Origin: Phoronis australis | Lineage: Eukaryota > Animalia > Phoronida | NCBI GenBank assembly: GCA_002633005.1 | Contig: NMRA01000031.1 | Location: 719,185-783,184, forward strand | Length of the DNA stretch: 64,000 nt | Reading direction: 5' to 3' | Shown here: positions 63,423 through 64,000 of the stretch, one piece after another | Layout: every line of letters begins with the position of its first letter | Position numbering within the stretch: position 1 is the stretch's first letter | The notes under the pieces: model-generated | What the model was told of the DNA's origin: nothing | Database searches by the model: none | Seen by the model: the letters and a program-made list of their open reading frames with translations, nothing else | Program-made: the position numbers and the translations under genes

Positions 63423-64000
63423 CGACTCACTGGTCCCCTGCGTGCCGCTAGGTAGTCAGTAGCCAGCACGCAGGTATCACTTAATTTTCCTCGGGAAATG
63501 TTTTTACACCGGCGTTTCTGATTGGCTAGTCCAATTCTCAGCAGGCAGCGCTAGATACTCTATAGTCTATGCTAGCATGACTGATGGACTGAAGTGTAAA
63601 TGTGGTCTGTTGTACAGACAAATCGGTGCTCAAAATTTAGGAAATGTGAATCCTAGAAATTGTGGTTGCGCCTTTTCGGAATGCATCTTTCTACTGTCTA
63701 TGTCTTTTGTTTACGGTATTGTCCTGTATTCATAAAGTATGAATAAAACATCGGTTAAATCGGCCAGATATGTGTTTATTGTACATGTATGTGCTTCAAG
63801 CACGCAGCTATTAAATATCACTGCAGAAACGAAATAGTTGTTGGGACGCCACTTGCATGACAAGACTAAAAATCGTTCACAGTCCGCCATTTTTGCACGG
63901 TGTTGTAAAGCTAACCAATGACTGCTGAGGTTACATCAACCAATGCTAAAGCGCGTGCCACTGCGTGATACCTGTGTGCTGGCTTGGCACGTAGGGGACC
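63423..64000 (+). mobile_element. MITE family A, near full-length copy running off the window end
   Basis: Starts cgactcactggtcccctgcgtgccgctagg and is the inverse of 54974-55562 along its length. Confidence 0.9.

Overview
AT-rich, repeat-dense eukaryotic DNA, probably a marine invertebrate animal (inferred from GT-AG splice signals, microsatellites, a tRNA-SINE, a CR1-group LINE and many MITE families). It is not prokaryotic: there are no operons, rRNA genes or CRISPR arrays, and nearly all ORFs in the supplied track look like chance frames or transposon debris. The main structure is a 4.0-kb internally deleted Polinton/Maverick element (16503-20514). It has an AGTAGT left terminus, ~700-bp terminal inverted repeats (TIRs), a perfect 6-bp target-site duplication (TSD) ATTATT and a remnant of protein-primed DNA polymerase B. 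It carries two nested insertions: a ~70-bp MITE beside the polymerase DTDS motif, and a 1.4-kb THAP-bearing ISL2EU-like element splitting the right TIR. The best host-gene signal is a first coding exon of a secreted prepro-peptide (32595-32727) downstream of a CRE pair. The window also holds several MITE families with 2-, 3-, 4-, 5- and 8-bp TSDs, a filled/empty insertion-site pair, a Penelope-type hammerhead-like motif, many foldback palindromes and decayed coding relics. All alignments were done by eye, and family names are inferred from termini, TSD length and remembered motifs, not from database searches.
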